Of a DNA stretch of 64,000 nucleotides, positions 60,096 to 64,000 are shown in pieces. Source of the DNA: Novosphingobium sp. (GTDB taxonomy: Bacteria > Pseudomonadota > Alphaproteobacteria > Sphingomonadales > Sphingomonadaceae); contig JANNAE010000009.1 in assembly GCA_031383985.1 (NCBI GenBank), forward strand, positions 76,051 to 140,050, in the 5' to 3' direction. The position numbers were made by a program, and so were the translations under genes. Numbering within the stretch: position 1 is the stretch's first letter; the number at the start of each line of letters is the position of its first letter. The notes under the pieces are model-generated. The model was not told where the DNA came from, ran no database searches, and saw only the letters and a list, made by a program, of their open reading frames with translations.

Positions 60096-60845
60096 CTAAC
60101 CCCGCACAGCCTCTGCCAACCGTGCAGCGCCTTGCAGCAGAAAGTCGTGATCCGACCCAAGGATGAACAGGCTCGCCCCCTTTTTCCGCCACATCAGCAC
60201 ATCGCTGACCCGGCCGAGGAACATGCCCGTTGTCCGCCCTGCGACCTTCCCTGCCGCACAGATGCGGTCAACGGCGTCCACCACCACAGCGTCGTCTGGC
60301 GTTTCGGCACCAAAGGCAATGGTCAGATCGGCCCGACCGATGAAGAGGGCGTCGATGCCCTGCACGCGGGCGATGGCATCGATATTGTCCACGCCCTCGA
60401 CATCCTCGATCTGCGCGATGACGATCGCTCCGGCTGCATCGGCGCGGTGTTTGGCCATGCCTTTTGTGGTGTAGTCGGCGGCGCGCGAACTCCCCGCATA
60501 GCCGCGTCCGCCGCGGACATAGTGGCAGGCCTTGACCGCCTCCTCCGCTTCCTCAGCGGTGCGGATATGGGGGAGGATCACCCCGTCTGCGCCGCAATCA
60601 AGCGCGTTCAATATATGTTCGTGTGCAGACGACGGCGGGCGGACGAGGATCGGCTTGCCACCCGCCTTCGCGGCCAGGATACACTGGTCGAGGCTGCCCC
60701 GGTCAAACGGCGCGTGTTCGGCGTCGAGCACCAGGACATCGAGACTGGTGAGGCTTAGCACTTCGACGACATGGGGATGCGGCGTCTTCACCCATGTTCC
60801 GGTGAGGAGGTCTCCGCCGAGGAGACGTTCGCGAAAGTTCACCAC
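60096..60845 (-). CDS. HpcH/HpaI family aldolase
   Basis: GTWVKTPHPHVVEVLSLTSLDVLVLDAEHAPFD and QIEDVEGVDNIDAIARVQGIDALFIGRADL. Confidence 0.88.
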   Translation of the reverse strand: MVNFRERLLGGDLLTGTWVKTPHPHVVEVLSLTSLDVLVLDAEHAPFDRGSLDQCILAAKAGGKPILVRPPSSAHEHILNALDCGADGVILPHIRTAEEAEEAVKACHYVRGGRGYAGSSRAADYTTKGMAKHRADAAGAIVIAQIEDVEGVDNIDAIARVQGIDALFIGRADLTIAFGAETPDDAVVVDAVDRICAAGKVAGRTTGMFLGRVSDVLMWRKKGASLFILGSDHDFLLQGAARLAEAVRG

Positions 60846-61978
60846 AGCCGCTTACTCGCAAGGTCTGCACCCTCGGCCAATGTCTTGAGCTTGGCCCAGA
60901 CGATATCGGGATCAACCACCCCGAACCCGGCAAAGGTGGAAAAACCGCAGTCCGTTCCCGCGATTACCCGCTCGCGCCCGATAATGTTCGCATAGCGCTC
61001 GATCCGCTCTGCCACCACGCGGGGATGTTCGATGAAGTTGGTGGTGCTGTCGATCACGCCGGGGATCAGCACCTTTTCTTCCGGAATGATATCCGCCATC
61101 TCGACGAAGTAATTCCAGTCAGCTTGATGCCGCGGGTTCGACGTTTCGAACAGTAACGCGGCGGGTTTGGCCTGCATCAGCGTGGGGAGGATCACGCCAA
61201 GCTCGACATCGCAGCAATGCGGCCCTTCATAATTGCCCCAGCAGACATGCATCCGAATGCGGTCTGCGGGGACGTTCCGCAGTGCGTGATTGAGTGCCTC
61301 GACATGCCCGCCGATCAGCGTGAGATATTCGGCGTCGCTGCGATCCTTGTACATCATGTGCCGACCGAGCCCGAGGTCCGGACTGTCGAGCTGAAGATAG
61401 AGCCCCGCCGCGACAATCGCCTCATATTCGGGCCGCATCGCCTCTGCCAGCGCCTCAAGATAAGTATCCTGCGTCGGATAAAACTCATTGGGCTGGAACA
61501 GCGCGATCACGCCTGGGGAGGCCGCATTCATGAAGCCGCCAACCGGCGAATGCTCCGCCAGCGCTGCCTGCATATGCGCCACATCTTCGTGCAATGGCGC
61601 GAGCGTTTTGGGCGCGACCGGGCCGACGCATTTGGGACGGCGATAAGTCGGGGTGCCGCCGCCTTTATTCTGCCGCGCCATGAAGTTGGGAAACATCTCA
61701 AGATCTTTGGGCGGTGTCCGTGCGCTGTCGCCGTCGAATCCGGTAATCCGGTCCTTGATATAGGTGGCGTAGCTGATTTTGGACATTTCGCCGTCCGAAA
61801 CCAGATCGACCCCGCTCGCCACCTGACGCGCCACGGCATCGTCAACCGCCGCACCGATGACCTGGTCAAATGTAGCCGGATCAACTGCCTCTCCCCGTTC
61901 TTGCGCAAAAACGAGATCTGTCACGGCCTTTGATCGCGGGAGTGATCCGACATGGGTTGTCAAAATACGTTCAGCCAT
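60839..61978 (-). CDS. cobalamin-independent methionine synthase II family protein (MetE C-terminal-like)
   Basis: ILTTHVGSLPRSK N-terminus and HVCWGNYEG. The ATG at 61978 is preferred because of RBS spacing. Confidence 0.82.
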   Translation of the reverse strand: MAERILTTHVGSLPRSKAVTDLVFAQERGEAVDPATFDQVIGAAVDDAVARQVASGVDLVSDGEMSKISYATYIKDRITGFDGDSARTPPKDLEMFPNFMARQNKGGGTPTYRRPKCVGPVAPKTLAPLHEDVAHMQAALAEHSPVGGFMNAASPGVIALFQPNEFYPTQDTYLEALAEAMRPEYEAIVAAGLYLQLDSPDLGLGRHMMYKDRSDAEYLTLIGGHVEALNHALRNVPADRIRMHVCWGNYEGPHCCDVELGVILPTLMQAKPAALLFETSNPRHQADWNYFVEMADIIPEEKVLIPGVIDSTTNFIEHPRVVAERIERYANIIGRERVIAGTDCGFSTFAGFGVVDPDIVWAKLKTLAEGADLASKRLW

Positions 61979-61992
61979 CAGGCACATTCCCC

Positions 61993-62288
61993 CTACTTGT
62001 TAAGCCACCTATCGATTATTGCTGCAAAAGCAGACCATGCTTCGAGCGGAAGCATGTGTCCTGCACTTTCACCCACCTCAAAATATGCGTTCCGGTTGAG
62101 CGTAGTCCATTCGCGGTGCCAAGTGGGCAGAGCGTGTCTTCAGCACCACCAGCATGAAACAAAGGCATGTTGAACCTGGCGCTCGCTTGCTGCCATTCCG
62201 CGCGAAGACGCAGCGCCTCGCGCTGTCGGAGGAGAACATCGACTACCGGTTTATTGCCGGGAAGCAGGCCAGCCGTCGGCGGAATCAA
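61993..62288 (-). pseudogene. C-terminal remnant of an alpha/beta hydrolase (frameshifted, N-terminus missing)
   Basis: One frame gives ...NMPLFHAGGAEDTLCPL.... A frameshifted continuation gives VGESAGHMLPLEAWSAFAAIIDRWLNK-stop (catalytic His region). The upstream part is occupied by the LacI gene. Confidence 0.55.
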
Positions 62289-63325
62289 CCCAGCCGCGCC
62301 GAACTGCCGGGCAATAACTCGCCCGGGAACAGTCGTTGTTCGGCGGACAAGTCAGGCCGTTCAATCCGTTCGAGCAACATGGCCACGGCCGCTTCGGTCA
62401 TCCGCCGCACCGGCTGCCGGATGGTGGTCACCTGATAGGCAAGCCAGGTGGCCGGACCAACGCCGTCAAACCCGACCACCGAAAGGTCGTGCGGAACTGC
62501 GATGCCGAAATTGGTGCGGGCGCTGTCAATCACGCCAATTGCCATCAAATCATTGGCGCAGATCACCGCATCCATATTCCGGTCGGTCATCCGCATCAGT
62601 TCACGCAAGGCCGCATCGCCGCTGGCATAATCGAAATTGCCGCGGACAATCAGGCAACTGCGGCCCAATTGTTGCAATCGGCGGCGCGCGGCCTCGACCC
62701 GTTCTTCACCAACATAGCTATCCGCCGGCCCGGATATGATGCCAAAGACCTGATGGCCGCTCGCAAGCAGGGCATCGACCAGGGCGTGTTCGCCGCTGAC
62801 TGAATCGCAACAGACGCTGGCCACAGGGATGCCTTCGCCAATGCGGTTATAGAGAACCACCGGCACACCCCGGTCAGCAAAGGCCGCCAGCTGTTCGGGG
62901 TGCAGCCTCGCCGCGACAATTGCGCCATCGACGCGGTAGCGCCAGACCTGGTCGAGCACTTCATCCACGTCCGATTCTGCGGCAAGCGAGAACAGCAGCA
63001 CCCGGATACCCTGCGCCGACAACCGCTGCGTGAGCTCCGCCAGAACTTCCGGGTAATAGAGGTTGGTCAGGTTCGAAATCATCACGGCGACCAAGTTCGA
63101 TTGCTTGGTGATCAGCCCCGAAGCCATCGCATTGGGAAAATACCCCAGTTCGCGCGCCGCCGCGACCACGCGCGCGCGGGTCTTGGGTGAAATGCTCGAT
63201 CCGGGCCGGAAACACCGCGACACTGCCGACTGAGATACGCCCGCACGCTGTGCAACGTCGTAGGACGTCGATTGCCCGGTACGCGCCGCAACGGGTTGCT
63301 CGCTCATCTCCAGTGACTCTGTCAT
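62285..63325 (-). CDS. LacI family transcriptional regulator
   Basis: SYDVAQRAGVSQSAVSRCF HTH plus a sugar-binding domain. The start is ambiguous (63355 TTG, 63325 or 63307 ATG). Confidence 0.85.
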   Translation of the reverse strand: MTESLEMSEQPVAARTGQSTSYDVAQRAGVSQSAVSRCFRPGSSISPKTRARVVAAARELGYFPNAMASGLITKQSNLVAVMISNLTNLYYPEVLAELTQRLSAQGIRVLLFSLAAESDVDEVLDQVWRYRVDGAIVAARLHPEQLAAFADRGVPVVLYNRIGEGIPVASVCCDSVSGEHALVDALLASGHQVFGIISGPADSYVGEERVEAARRRLQQLGRSCLIVRGNFDYASGDAALRELMRMTDRNMDAVICANDLMAIGVIDSARTNFGIAVPHDLSVVGFDGVGPATWLAYQVTTIRQPVRRMTEAAVAMLLERIERPDLSAEQRLFPGELLPGSSARLG

Positions 63326-63388
63326 GCAGTGTTGACTGCCAATTCTTGAGCACAAACTCCAGCGCTATCGCTGCACCAAAGTTTTCGA

Positions 63389-63442
63389 TGGTTCGGGCGG
63401 TGGGAATCGAACCCACACGCCGCTGCGGAACCGGATTTTGAG
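63389..63442 (-). tRNA. partial tRNA-Leu(CAA): anticodon loop to CCA end only (att-like fragment, not a functional gene)
   Basis: The minus strand reads CTCAAAA-TCCGG-TTCCGCAGCGGCGT-GTGGG-TTCGATT-CCCAC-CGCCCGA-A-CCA. This is an anticodon loop with CAA, a long variable arm, a T arm, the 3' acceptor strand and CCA. No matching 5' acceptor strand, D arm or 5' anticodon stem exists upstream. Confidence 0.75.
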
Positions 63443-64000
63443 TGGGATACGTGTGGGTTAGATTACTGATTTAATACAATTTTTATTAAACCTCTCTCAA
63501 ACTGTGTAAGGTTTTGTGTAAGTTAGGGCGGATGGATGCCCCCTCCAGCACTATCCGAAGTCCGCTGCGACCGCCGATCAACGCAGGTGACCCTGCGGAC
63601 TCGATTGCACGACGGGTCAGAAACCTTTGACCAAATCGGTGATGCAGTGCGGTTCGCCCAGACAGGTTCTCGGCCGCTTAGTTGCAGAAGGTTCGATACC
63701 GGCTGTGACCACCTGGCTCAGGTCGACCTTAAACACTCTTTATTTGCCCGCGGTGAATGCTGGCCCCGAGTTCGTCAGCAATGCCTGTGGTCGATGCCGT
63801 GTTTGCCTGCCGCAAAACCATCGTTTCGCTTGGCCCATGCTGCGCACGCGCTTGGCGAGTTACGGCCATCAATACCCCGATCCGGCGTCCTTGATCGGGC
63901 GTCTTTCGTGCCAATTTTTAATGTCGCGCGTAGACGAACGGTTTACCGGTCCCGAATGCAATTACCGGAAAGCGATCAGCAGCCATGCCGGGCACCTCCA

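Noticed and set aside
63389-63480. Calling a complete functional tRNA-Leu gene
   Set aside because: The sequence 5' of the anticodon loop (…CACACGTATCCCA) cannot pair with the 3' anticodon stem or the acceptor strand. No D arm is present.
63729-63914. 61-aa minus-strand ORF with a vaguely HTH-like segment (TGIADELGASIHRGQ) in the putative island edge
   Set aside because: It is too short and too weakly patterned to call. It has a TTG-type start and no RBS. It may be noise or a decayed fragment.

Overview
This is a visibly GC-rich, gene-dense chromosomal segment. Its gene content (TonB-dependent receptors paired with tryptophan-halogenase-like, SapC and cupin genes) suggests a sphingomonad-type alphaproteobacterium; that is an inference. 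All domain calls were made by eye from motifs in the supplied translations, and no searches were run. Reading left to right: (1) a raffinose/sucrose/fructan utilisation locus (GH36 alpha-galactosidase, galT, galK, GH68, GH32, LacI, TonB receptor, TPR/2OG-oxygenase-like, halogenase-like, ROK fructokinase) with palindromic operator candidates; (2) assorted oxidoreductases, a carotenoid oxygenase, rluE, roxA-like and an ABC-F ATPase; (3) a three-gene operon of flavoprotein, acetoacetate-decarboxylase-like protein and flavoprotein, of unknown function; (4) the main finding, a two-gene module. Its first gene encodes TIR + degenerate cyclase + STAND P-loop ATPase + TPR (1165 aa). Its second encodes an N-terminal SLOG-like Rossmann domain fused to four transmembrane helices (SLATT-like). 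I read this as a candidate Thoeris-like nucleotide-signalling defence or conflict system; (5) an oxoprolinase-DUF969-DUF979-DUF2891 operon, putA and fatty-acid genes; (6) a beta-glucan locus (TonB receptor, two halogenase-like genes, SapC, cupin, GH16, LacI, MFS); (7) a decayed region with an E1-like TPP enzyme followed by a broken E2 lipoyl-domain remnant, a 268-bp palindromic MITE-like element, an IS5-like transposase remnant and an alpha/beta-hydrolase remnant; (8) a 3' half of tRNA-Leu(CAA) followed by an abrupt AT-rich switch, which looks like the att boundary of an integrated element running off the right edge. I saw no rRNA and no CRISPR array.
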